A stretch of DNA of 43,352 nucleotides, taken from NCBI GenBank assembly GCA_048940445.1, contig JBHLON010000029.1, forward strand, positions 1-43,352, read 5' to 3'. The translations under genes were made by a program, and so were the position numbers. Source of the DNA: Promethearchaeota archaeon. GTDB taxonomy: Archaea > Asgardarchaeota > Lokiarchaeia > Sigyniarchaeales > SOKP01. Under the pieces are notes generated by a model. It did no database searches. It saw only the letters and a program-made list of their open reading frames with translations, and was not told the DNA's origin. Positions 1-9,137 of the stretch are shown here, piece by piece. Within the stretch, counting starts at the first letter, position 1, and each line of letters starts with the position of its first letter.

Positions 1-315
1 ATGTTATACTCTTTCAATATTGTTATTCTAACAATTCCTTTTATCAATCTTTCTCTCAGAGATACACTATTACTCTTAATTAATGTATATTATGGCTTTA
101 GAGACTAAATTATCTTTTTTATTTTTAATTTTGGAGATTTTTAAAAGAGACATAATTATGTAAAATATTTTAAACAAAATTAAAAAAAAAATTCTTCAAA
201 AATTTTTATTAATTTCCAATCTTTCAATATTTTAAATAAATTATGATGATTATAGGTGTAATCTACGTTAATAAAAAGGCTGAAAGGTAATTATCTATTA
301 GAAATTAAGACTTTT

Positions 316-507
316 TTGGCAGTTGGAATTACATTATACATAATATCTACTATATTGCATTATTTTGGACCAAACATAAGTTCCATAGCTTTTATAGAAG
401 GATTATTATCAGGAATCTCTGTTGTATTTTCAATAATGGGTTTATTTCTTTTCGGAAAATTGAAAAGAAGCTCTTTTCATGCTTCTGAAAATGAAAAGCT
501 AAGTTAA
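316..507 (+). CDS. small two-TM membrane protein, hypothetical (start uncertain)
   Basis: 63-aa ORF with two hydrophobic stretches; TTG start, and the frame is open back to ~262. Confidence 0.5.
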   Translation: MAVGITLYIISTILHYFGPNISSIAFIEGLLSGISVVFSIMGLFLFGKLKRSSFHASENEKLS

Positions 508-603
508 AAAGATTAAATTTTCACTTTTTTACATAGAATATTTTTTTAAATCTTAATCTTAATCTAATATAAAGAATTTTAATAAGATCTAAAGGAATCA
601 AGT

Positions 604-1167
604 ATGTATTTTCCAACTGAAGATGTTGTTATAAATGCTTTAAATCACGAAATTAGAAGAGAAATTTTGAGATTAGTAGAAGAGAAGCCTAAAACTTATA
701 CTAATTTATTAAATTACTTCTCAATAAGTTCAGGGAAATTAAATTATCACCTTAAATTGCTAACTGGATTTATTCAAAAAGATACGAAGGGATTTTATGA
801 AGTATCAATACTCGGAAAAAGAGTTCTTGTACTATTAAATAACTTCCAAAATCAATTAACTGATGAGGATAAACCTCTTCTAAAAAGAGCTTACTTCTCA
901 CAAATTGGAGGGAAAAAATCTTTTCTTCACATTAGATTAGTGGGAGGGATTTACCTTAAAATAGTTATGCTTTGTAGCATTGTGGCGCTAATAATTATCA
1001 GTTCTATACTATATGCCTTAGAAGGTGTAAATATAATAATACTTTGGCCTTTATATTTGTTAATGATAATAGTTGTACCTATTGGTCTTGTATGGATTAT
1101 AAAATCTTATAAACCTGCAAAAGAGTTTGCTAAACGTGTTGATTCATTATTAAATGATACAGAATAA
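604..1167 (+). CDS. ArsR-like winged-helix transcription regulator with C-terminal transmembrane hairpin
   Basis: N-terminal ALNHEIRREILRLV...TYTNLLNYFSISSGKLNYHLKLL...YEVSILGK wHTH pattern; two hydrophobic helices near the C-terminus. Confidence 0.8.
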   Translation: MYFPTEDVVINALNHEIRREILRLVEEKPKTYTNLLNYFSISSGKLNYHLKLLTGFIQKDTKGFYEVSILGKRVLVLLNNFQNQLTDEDKPLLKRAYFSQIGGKKSFLHIRLVGGIYLKIVMLCSIVALIIISSILYALEGVNIIILWPLYLLMIIVVPIGLVWIIKSYKPAKEFAKRVDSLLNDTE

Positions 1168-1259
1168 TGGATAAAAAAAATTATGTTCTTATAACCACAA
1201 AAAAGAATTCTAAAGTGTTTTAAAACTCAAATATAATTTTATTTTGTAAAAAATAATGA

Positions 1260-1808
1260 TTACAATCTCTTTTGTTTTTCTCTTTTTGAATTAAAATCTT
1301 CCAAAGAATTATAACCTAATTTCCTAATCAGATATTCAAATCTTTCATTAGCTAAGTTAATTCCAATATTTTTTGCTTTTTTAAGGTCATTTAAATACAA
1401 TTCAATTGAATTATCAGAATATGTCTCTAATTCGCAAGAGAGATATCTAGAAAAATAATCTGGTCTATAATTTGCTATTAAAGGGTATTGTAGAGAAAAA
1501 TCTTTCATCCATTTTGATTCTATCAAAACAATTTCAGGGATAAGGAGGTTAAGCTTAAGTGGGGGGATTAAATCGCTCATTCGAGCATATTTTTCTGTCA
1601 GAAGATTCCTTCCTTTTCCTTTTGCCGTTTTTAGATCCTTGAAATATGATTTAAGAGTATTTATAGATAATACGCTATAATTCATCTCTCTCATTAGTTT
1701 AAAGATTTCTGGTTTTTCTTGACATAAAGAAGGCTTAAAAGTCCTTACATTTTCAAACATTCTAAGTTCTAGTTTTATTATCCTTTTTAATAACCTAGTT
1801 TTCGACAC
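1260..1808 (-). CDS. DUF4125 family protein
   Basis: Motifs E..MF..V, CQE.PE.F..MR, TL.SY..DL..A...GRNLLTEKYARM, YL.CELETYS. Confidence 0.75.
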   Translation of the reverse strand: MSKTRLLKRIIKLELRMFENVRTFKPSLCQEKPEIFKLMREMNYSVLSINTLKSYFKDLKTAKGKGRNLLTEKYARMSDLIPPLKLNLLIPEIVLIESKWMKDFSLQYPLIANYRPDYFSRYLSCELETYSDNSIELYLNDLKKAKNIGINLANERFEYLIRKLGYNSLEDFNSKREKQKRL

Positions 1809-2291
1809 TTTTCTATTTTTTTAATAATTTAGTATTGACTCAGAAAATAACTCAAGATTTTGAAGAGAGAAAAGACTTAAAGTTGAAAAGTTTGAATAGA
1901 ATAAAAAAATACCTAAAATTGATCGAGATTAAACACTTTCGAATAATTAAAATTTTTCGAATAATAATCTTTGTAAGAATTTTGTCGAAGCTTTAAGCTA
2001 TTTCGTGTCAATGATACAAACAAAGATTTATTTATTAACGTATTTATTTCACGAAATTGATTGTTATATTAAGAAACTGAAGGATTCCATTTATTCGAGC
2101 TAAACATTGGATTTCGCCCTCTATTAAGCAATTGTGCTTAATTATTTCTAAACCTTATAAATTTTGCTCGAACTATGGATTTCTTTCACTTTTTTTATAA
2201 AAATTCAAAATAACTATAATAAAATAATGTATAAAATATAAAAATTAAATAATTTATCCAAATAAAGCTATTCAAATAAATGGTTTCAATA

Positions 2292-2417
2292 ATGAAAAAA
2301 AGATGCAAAAAGTGTGGAATGATTAGAGCCATTAAGGATCTAGTAAAAACAGATAAGGAAAATTTTATCTGTTTTTCATGTTGGAATCAATATCTTAAAG
2401 AAAAAGGTCTGATCTAA
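2292..2417 (+). CDS. 41-aa CxxC...CxxC zinc-finger microprotein (not in ORF track)
   Basis: Hand translation MKKRCKKCGMIRAIKDLVKTDKENFICFSCWNQYLKEKGLI*. Confidence 0.75.
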   Translation: MKKRCKKCGMIRAIKDLVKTDKENFICFSCWNQYLKEKGLI

Positions 2418-2454
2418 TTATTATTATATTTAATCAGATGATTAATGTAAATAA

Positions 2455-2670
2455 TTAATCGTATGAAACTAAATAAGTATATTTGGTTAAATCAAATCTC
2501 TTGATTTTTATATCTTTTTTAAATCTATTACTTGGAATTAAAGGCATTTTAATAACTATCTTGTAATCATCTAAGTAAATATTGTTGTAGAAGCAATTTT
2601 CAAATTTGTCCCAATCAATATACTTACTAAAACTCATCTTATCTTTTTTTATAGTTGGCATTAGCGACAT
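2455..2670 (-). CDS. small hypothetical protein (~71 aa)
   Basis: ORF-track frame; GAGGAG Shine-Dalgarno at 2680-2675 precedes ATG at 2670, so this start is preferred over the GTG at 2682. Confidence 0.6.
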   Translation of the reverse strand: MSLMPTIKKDKMSFSKYIDWDKFENCFYNNIYLDDYKIVIKMPLIPSNRFKKDIKIKRFDLTKYTYLVSYD

Positions 2671-2836
2671 GGAACTCCTCACGAATATATTGGATTAAGC
2701 TTTATTACTTAACTAGATTGGTTTTATTGGAAAAGAATTTCGAAATTTAGTTTTGATAATTCAATTGTATTGATAAATGGCTCTTTCTAAATTTCGCAGA
2801 TATTAATTTAAAACAATATATTAAAAAAAAAGACAT

Positions 2837-2870
2837 ATTTATAAGTTTCGACCATTTATAAGTGTCGACC
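2837..2870 (-). promoter_or_regulatory. 17-bp tandem repeat, each copy resembling BRE+TATA
   Basis: ATTTATAAGTTTCGACC/ATTTATAAGTGTCGACC; minus strand reads GGTCGA(C/A)ACTTATAAAT twice. Confidence 0.5.
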
Positions 2871-2894
2871 AAAAGATGAAATAGTTAAAAAAAA

Positions 2895-3989
2895 CTAAAG
2901 ATCTTTATAAAAATCTTTAAAGGCTTTTATTTCCTTGTTAAACTCCTCGTGTTGTCCAATCTCTTTTTCAGAAAAATTAATTTCTGAAAATAGTTCATTT
3001 ATAGGTAAATTCAGATTCTTTCTAACCTCCTTCTCAATTTTAGCAAATCTAATTTTAGACCGCAAAAATTTTAAAAGTTTAAACTTCACCTTGCTCAATT
3101 TTCTTTCCCATTCTTTAGCAAATTCTCCACTCTCAATGTCAGTAAGAACTTCTCTTTGTAATTGTCTAACATCTTTAGAAACTTTTCTAAATTTGATAGC
3201 TCGAGTTATAGATCCATACTGTGATGTCTGAGAATGAAAGTCCATTTGATTTATCAAACCAAATTCAGTCATTTTGTCAAAGGTATAACTCATTTCTCCA
3301 GAATAAATAAGTTCTATAAACACTGCTTCAGCGGGATATCCTGTTTCCACTAAAGTATTAACTGATCCCATTAAAATCTGGCCAAAACCGGGCCCAAAAG
3401 CTTGTTCTGTGAAAAGATCTAATACAGCTTCCTGTTTGAAAGTAACTTCGACTCCTGCTCTACTTAAAGCACCAATTCCTTTAGCTAAAGCTAATAATCT
3501 TTCTTTTGCTTCACCTGAGGCATCTTGATGAATTCCTATAAAGCTAAAAAAACCCTTTTTATTTAAAAAGCGTTCTCTAACCCCTATCCCTATCATTCTT
3601 GGAGCGATCAGCAAAACATCGATATCTTGAGGAGGTTGTATTAAACCAAAAGCAATATTATATCCACTTGCAAAAACTAAAGCCTGATTTCTTTTGAGAT
3701 TAGGGCGAAGGTCTTTTTCAAAAACTTCTTTCATAATTTCATCTGGGATTAAAAAAATTAGAAAATCTGCTAGTTTAGCAGTTTCCGCAATTGTGTATGT
3801 ATCAAAATCATCTTGTTCTGCTCTTTTCCTATAATTATCGTCTCTATTGCCAATAATTACTGATACTCCTAAATCTCTCATATTTAAAGCTTGTGATCTT
3901 CCTTGATTCCCATATCCAATCACACCAATTCTTTTTCCGTTTAGAATTGATAAATCCCCATCAGTTTCATGAAATATTTTTGACGTCAT
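2895..3989 (-). CDS. ilvC: ketol-acid reductoisomerase (class I KARI-like)
   Basis: GVIGYGNQGRSQALNMRD Rossmann motif, LIPDE, APRMIG, DLFTEQ, SQTSQYG. Confidence 0.9.
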   Translation of the reverse strand: MTSKIFHETDGDLSILNGKRIGVIGYGNQGRSQALNMRDLGVSVIIGNRDDNYRKRAEQDDFDTYTIAETAKLADFLIFLIPDEIMKEVFEKDLRPNLKRNQALVFASGYNIAFGLIQPPQDIDVLLIAPRMIGIGVRERFLNKKGFFSFIGIHQDASGEAKERLLALAKGIGALSRAGVEVTFKQEAVLDLFTEQAFGPGFGQILMGSVNTLVETGYPAEAVFIELIYSGEMSYTFDKMTEFGLINQMDFHSQTSQYGSITRAIKFRKVSKDVRQLQREVLTDIESGEFAKEWERKLSKVKFKLLKFLRSKIRFAKIEKEVRKNLNLPINELFSEINFSEKEIGQHEEFNKEIKAFKDFYKDL

Positions 3990-4131
3990 AATCTAAACAA
4001 ATCTTCTTTTTAATAAAACTAATAACTCAACCATCTTAAAATCAACTAGTTTTTATTATAGATACATATATATTGAAATATGACTTGAAATAATTAAAAT
4101 CATAATTTAAAACTACTTTCAAATTTTGACT

Positions 4132-6093
4132 ATGTCTAATGGATTCTATGGTAAAATCTTATGGGTAGATTTATCAAACAATAAATTTGAAGATCGTATT
4201 CTTTCAGAAACCATTTTTCGCCAATATTTGGGAGGTTATGGTTTGGGTTGCAAAATTATTTATGAAAATATGAAATCTCGTATTGATCCTCTCAATGAAG
4301 AATCGATTATTGGTTTCTTTCCAGGATTACTCACCAGTACAGCAGCCCCTTTGACTGGAAGATATATGGTTGTAGGAAAATCTCCATTGACGGGAACTTG
4401 GGGTGATGCTAATAGTGGTGGAACATTCGGACCTGAAATTAAAAAATGTGGTTATGATGCTATTTTAATAAAAGGTAAAGCACAACAACCAGTCTACATT
4501 ATAATTAAAGACCAAAGTAAGGAATTCATGGAAGCCTCTGATATCTGGGGCAAAGATTTTGTAAAAAGTGAAGAAATTCTGAAAAGTAAATATGGTAAAT
4601 CGACAAAAGTTGCAGGTATCGGACAAGCAGGAGAAAAATTATCAAAAATTTCGGGGATAGCAAATGATAAGGGTCGAATCGCTGCTCGATCAGGTTTAGG
4701 GGCTATAATGGGTTCGAAAAATCTTAAAGCCCTCGCTTTAAAAGGAAATCACAGATTAAATTTCTTTGATAGAGAGAAATTTATGAATTTAGTAAAGAGG
4801 TACAATGAAACGGGAGAAAAAAAGCCCAATAAATTAATAAGGTATATTTTAAATAAGGCACCAAATCTGGCAAAATTAATGCGTCGTTTTAGAGTAAAGC
4901 TTTCTGGTCCAACAGGGATGGTGAGATATATGTTTCAGAATTACGGAACTAGCGTTGCAAATACTATTTCTGCTGAAACAGGAGATTCTCCTATTAAGAA
5001 TTGGTCTGGAATAGGAATGTATGATTTTCCATTTTCTAAATCGAAAGAATTATCAGCTAATATTATTCATAACTATAAAATAAGAGATTATGGGTGTTAT
5101 GGCTGTCCAATCCAATGCGGAGCAATATTGAAAATTCCTGAGTTGGAATTGGAGGAGACTCATTTGCCTGAATATGAAACTTGCTGTGCATTTGGAGCTT
5201 TATTACTGAATAATGATTTAATGTCAATCTTCGAACTTAATGATTTATGTAATCGCGCTGCAATTGATACCATATCAACAGGTGCAACAGTCGCCTTCGC
5301 TATTGAATGTTTTAAGAATGGTATTCTAAATTTGGAAGATACGGAAGGATTGGAATTAAAGTGGGGTGATTCCAAAACCATTATTGAATTAGTAAAAAGA
5401 ATTATACATCGTGAGGGGATAGGAGATATTTTAGCTGATGGGTGTCGCATTGCTACCGAAAAAATTGGCAATAATAGCGAAAAGTATGCAATGGTTTCCC
5501 TAGGCTCTGAAATCGCTATGCATAACCCTAGAATATTTCCTTCATTAGCTTTTACTTATGCTTATGATCCCACTCCCGGTAGACATACAGCTGCAAGCGT
5601 AGATTTTGTAGATACGGGTACTATAGCTGCCTTTCAGAAAGGATTTGAATTACCAAAAGGATGGAAAAAGAATGAAATGAAATGGCAGAAAGCACAAAAA
5701 TTAACTACATGTCTTCACCAAACGCTAAGCAGTGCAGGTTTATGTTTATTCTCAACACAATTCGGTCCTTATCCTCTTATTGATCTAATTAACTCACTAA
5801 CGGGTTGGGATATGAATGTGGATGAAATTATCGAAATTGGCTGGCGAATTCAAACTTTGAGACAAGCATTTACCTTACGAGAAGGCATAAAAATTAGTGA
5901 TAATGAATTACCAGGAAGAATTACTGGATATCCTCCTGATGAGAGAGGGCCAAACAAAAATATTTCAGTTGAATATAAAGATTTTTATAAGGGATATTGT
6001 CAAGAGATGGGCTGGAACCCAGAAAATGGAGTCCCTTTAAAAGAAACACTGAAAAATCTAGATCTAAATTTTGTTATTAGGGATTTATATTAA
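4132..6093 (+). CDS. aor: tungsten-containing aldehyde:ferredoxin oxidoreductase family protein
   Basis: GKILWVDLS, YLGGYGLG, KSPLTG.WGDANSGG, AARSGLGAIMGSKNLKA, CYGCPIQC, PEYET, DTISTG. Confidence 0.92.
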   Translation: MSNGFYGKILWVDLSNNKFEDRILSETIFRQYLGGYGLGCKIIYENMKSRIDPLNEESIIGFFPGLLTSTAAPLTGRYMVVGKSPLTGTWGDANSGGTFGPEIKKCGYDAILIKGKAQQPVYIIIKDQSKEFMEASDIWGKDFVKSEEILKSKYGKSTKVAGIGQAGEKLSKISGIANDKGRIAARSGLGAIMGSKNLKALALKGNHRLNFFDREKFMNLVKRYNETGEKKPNKLIRYILNKAPNLAKLMRRFRVKLSGPTGMVRYMFQNYGTSVANTISAETGDSPIKNWSGIGMYDFPFSKSKELSANIIHNYKIRDYGCYGCPIQCGAILKIPELELEETHLPEYETCCAFGALLLNNDLMSIFELNDLCNRAAIDTISTGATVAFAIECFKNGILNLEDTEGLELKWGDSKTIIELVKRIIHREGIGDILADGCRIATEKIGNNSEKYAMVSLGSEIAMHNPRIFPSLAFTYAYDPTPGRHTAASVDFVDTGTIAAFQKGFELPKGWKKNEMKWQKAQKLTTCLHQTLSSAGLCLFSTQFGPYPLIDLINSLTGWDMNVDEIIEIGWRIQTLRQAFTLREGIKISDNELPGRITGYPPDERGPNKNISVEYKDFYKGYCQEMGWNPENGVPLKETLKNLDLNFVIRDLY

Positions 6094-6137
6094 ATTTTCA
6101 ATTATTAAATTAAATTCAGAAAAGGAAAAAATTGAAA

Positions 6138-6623
6138 ATGTCTAAAGAAAAACTATCACAAAAAAATAAAGAATTAGATTCGTATATCAAAACTAACATA
6201 ATTAAAAATAGTAAAAGACTTAAAGGTAGATTCCCTCCTATTTTAGAGACGATAGAAGGAGTAAATCAAATATTAAAAGTTAAAGCAATTTATGAATTGA
6301 GCGAGGAATTAAAAGATACCTATCTAATTAAGGTTCAAAATTATCAGAATAAGCCAAAGGTTAGATATTTCTTAGTGATTACATTAGCATCACAAAGCTC
6401 TGATTTTTTGGTAATTTTAGCAAAAAACCACATAAAAGAATTTAAAGGTATCAAATTAATTCAATTCTCAATCTATCCTAAAAATTTCAGAATAAGCTTA
6501 TTAGCTCTTAACGAAGTTAAAATTCAGGATGAATTTATGAGTTCATTAAAACATTTAAAAAATCTAAGAATGAATTTTAGAAAAAAACTACATAATCTAA
6601 AAAATCTAATTGAAAATCATTAA
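6138..6623 (+). CDS. hypothetical protein
   Basis: ~161-aa ORF co-oriented between aor and pyk; no recognisable motif. Confidence 0.7.
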   Translation: MSKEKLSQKNKELDSYIKTNIIKNSKRLKGRFPPILETIEGVNQILKVKAIYELSEELKDTYLIKVQNYQNKPKVRYFLVITLASQSSDFLVILAKNHIKEFKGIKLIQFSIYPKNFRISLLALNEVKIQDEFMSSLKHLKNLRMNFRKKLHNLKNLIENH

Positions 6624-6699
6624 ATTTTAACCAAAAATAATATAAATAAATTAATTAATTTTTCATAAAAAAATAGAAATATTAACAAAAAAGATAGTT

Positions 6700-8166
6700 A
6701 TGTCATTTCGAGAAAATACCATTAAAATTATTGCAACTTTAGGCCCAGCTTCAGATTCAAAAGAAATGCTCAAGAAATTAATTGATAATGGAATCGATAT
6801 CTTCAGATTGAATTTTTCTCATGGTACACACCAAGAAAAAAGGGAGGAAATAAAAAGAATCAGAGAAATTGATGATTATGTTGGAATTCTAGCTGATATA
6901 CAAGGACCTAAGATTCGGGTTGGGCAATTCAAAAATAATCAAGCCTATAATTTAAATGTAGGTCAAGATGTGAAAGTATATGAGAAAGAAATTGAAGGTG
7001 GAGGAGATCAAACTCAATTTTCAATACCTTTAGTGGGGCTTATAAAAAGTTTCAAGAAAGGGGACTTCTTTTATGTGAATGATGGAATAATAAAAATAAA
7101 GGTAAAGAATAAAGAAAAAGATCATATTGTTGGCGAAGTAATCGCTGGAGGATTGATTAGCAACAATAAAGGTGTTAATATCCCTAGCGGAGAATTGACT
7201 ACTAAAGTACCCACTGAAAAGGATATAAAAGATCTTGAATTTATTGCTCAATTAAATCCAGAGTATGTTGCGATATCATTTGTATCCAATGGAGATGATG
7301 TCCTTACTGTGAAGAAACTTCTTGAAAATTATGGCAATAGTGAAATCAAATTGGTATCAAAAATAGAACGACCTGTCGCCTTGGATAATTTTGAACAAAT
7401 TTTAGAAGTTTCAGATGCCGTTATGGTTGCTCGTGGAGATTTAGGAGTAGAAATCTCTCCAGATCAAGTTCCAATCAAACAAAAAGAACTTATTTATAAA
7501 TGTAATAAAGAAGGTAAACCAGTTATAGTAGCCACACAAATGTTAGAATCAATGGTTAATACACCTATCCCTACCAGGGCTGAGGCCAATGATATATTTA
7601 ATGCTGTAATAGATGGAACTGATGCAGTTATGCTTTCTGCTGAGACGGCAGTAGGGAAATATCCAATAAATTCTGTTGAATATATGAATAAAATCGCCAC
7701 AACAGCCAGTCAACATGCACCTTTAAGGTCTTCAGATAATTATGATTCAGATAGGTTAACACACACTCAAACACTTGGTCATGCCATTCATTCTTTAGCT
7801 AAGGAAATGGAACAATTAAACTTTCGAGGAAAAATCTTGGTAATAACACGAAAAGGTTTTGGAGCACGTATGATATCAAAATATCGCCCTCCATTACCTA
7901 TAATTGCTATGACACCATTTAAACGAACCGCTCGCGAATTACATTTAGTTTGGGGGGTTCAACCTATTCATATTGAAAATATTGACTTTTTTAATCTGGA
8001 TGCTGAGAGCCTTATAGAAGAATCTGTTAAGTTTGGTGTAGAAATTGGAATTCTAGATGAAAATGAACATGTTATCATTTTACTTGTTTCAAGAAAATTT
8101 CAAACTAGAGGGAATTTAGTAGGGCTTTATTATGTGGGAGAGATTCTTGGACCACATGAGGCTTAA
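6700..8166 (+). CDS. pyk: pyruvate kinase
   Basis: KIIATLGPAS, RLNFSHG, DIQGPKIR, KIE, MVARGDLGVE, ATQMLESM, PTRAEAND, DAVMLSAETA. Confidence 0.97.
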   Translation: MSFRENTIKIIATLGPASDSKEMLKKLIDNGIDIFRLNFSHGTHQEKREEIKRIREIDDYVGILADIQGPKIRVGQFKNNQAYNLNVGQDVKVYEKEIEGGGDQTQFSIPLVGLIKSFKKGDFFYVNDGIIKIKVKNKEKDHIVGEVIAGGLISNNKGVNIPSGELTTKVPTEKDIKDLEFIAQLNPEYVAISFVSNGDDVLTVKKLLENYGNSEIKLVSKIERPVALDNFEQILEVSDAVMVARGDLGVEISPDQVPIKQKELIYKCNKEGKPVIVATQMLESMVNTPIPTRAEANDIFNAVIDGTDAVMLSAETAVGKYPINSVEYMNKIATTASQHAPLRSSDNYDSDRLTHTQTLGHAIHSLAKEMEQLNFRGKILVITRKGFGARMISKYRPPLPIIAMTPFKRTARELHLVWGVQPIHIENIDFFNLDAESLIEESVKFGVEIGILDENEHVIILLVSRKFQTRGNLVGLYYVGEILGPHEA

Positions 8167-8321
8167 AAATTCACTTTCTAATCTAGGCAATTATTTTTCA
8201 ATAATTTAATCAAGCCCTAATAATAAACTATTAAAATAATTAAAAAAATTTAAATGTAAAAATATGAGTTTTTATCTAATAATAAAAAATTTTTAACTTT
8301 TACAAATTAAGGTAGATAAAT

Positions 8322-8795
8322 ATGGGAGAAGAATCTGAGCCAAAAGCTCCAAAAACCACATCCTCAGGATGGAAACACGCAAGTTGGGTATCAACAGTTG
8401 GTAAATTAGCTTGGATAATAGTACTTGTTAATGCAATTATTGGAATCACTTACTATTTAATAGTCTTAGTAGGTAATATCATATGGAATGCAACCCATCC
8501 TTTTTTCCCTGCGCCGTTATTTTTCCCTGTTTGGAGTATTGCATGGGGTGTAATTATTATAATCTTAGATATCATAATAATCAAACCAAAGTTTTCAAAT
8601 AAATGTGCAGCAATGGATTGGGATGCGTTATATGGATGGGTGTTGAATTTGGGGAAACTTAGATTTCCTTGGATGCTTTTTTGGGGATTTTTTATTGAAA
8701 TTTTTGGATTATGGGGCTGGGGTGGTGTATTAATCTTAATTCCTGCCTTTGTATTGTTGTTTGCTGGACCAGAAAAATATGAATGGTCCAAATAA
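8322..8795 (+). CDS. Trp-rich multi-pass membrane protein, hypothetical
   Basis: 157 aa with about 4 hydrophobic segments; AAGGT upstream and T-rich tract downstream. Confidence 0.75.
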   Translation: MGEESEPKAPKTTSSGWKHASWVSTVGKLAWIIVLVNAIIGITYYLIVLVGNIIWNATHPFFPAPLFFPVWSIAWGVIIIILDIIIIKPKFSNKCAAMDWDALYGWVLNLGKLRFPWMLFWGFFIEIFGLWGWGGVLILIPAFVLLFAGPEKYEWSK

Positions 8796-8825
8796 GAGTT
8801 TAATCATTCAAATTTTTTTATTTTT

Positions 8826-8984
8826 TTATTCCTTCATGATTTTTTCGTAATCTTCCTTTGTCACAGCCCTAAAATTACTTGCCCCGCATTTTTCACAATA
8901 CTCCCTTTGCAAATTGGAGATTTCATCACATTTATCACAAATATATGGATAAGTTTTTTTAAATTGTTTCCAGTTAAGTTTCAT
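8826..8984 (-). CDS. 52-aa zinc-ribbon microprotein (not in ORF track)
   Basis: Hand translation MKLNWKQFKKTYPYICDKCDEISNLQREYCEKCGASNFRAVTKEDYEKIMKE*. Confidence 0.8.
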   Translation of the reverse strand: MKLNWKQFKKTYPYICDKCDEISNLQREYCEKCGASNFRAVTKEDYEKIMKE

Positions 8985-9137
8985 AACGATTCTCTCTTCT
9001 ACTTAATAGACTTATATTAATCTTTAAAATTCTAATAAAGTACAACTTTATAAGTACATTGATCTTTTCAAGTAATATTATTGATATTATGAAATTTTAT
9101 TAGAAGAAGTAGATCAATTTTTAAGATGAAATTACTG

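Noticed and set aside
1-108. Short open frames at the left edge
   Set aside because: Too short and motif-free to assign strand or product
1835-1856. TTGACTC...ACTCAAG resembling an HspR HAIR site
   Set aside because: Left arm and spacing do not match CTTGAGT-N7-ACTCAAG, and it is not upstream of a chaperone gene
1809-2291. Replication origin
   Set aside because: No ORB-like GTTCCAGTGGAAAC/G-string elements and no adjacent orc1/cdc6
2837-2870. Tandem repeat as a mini-CRISPR
   Set aside because: Only two adjacent 17-bp copies, no spacers and no cas genes
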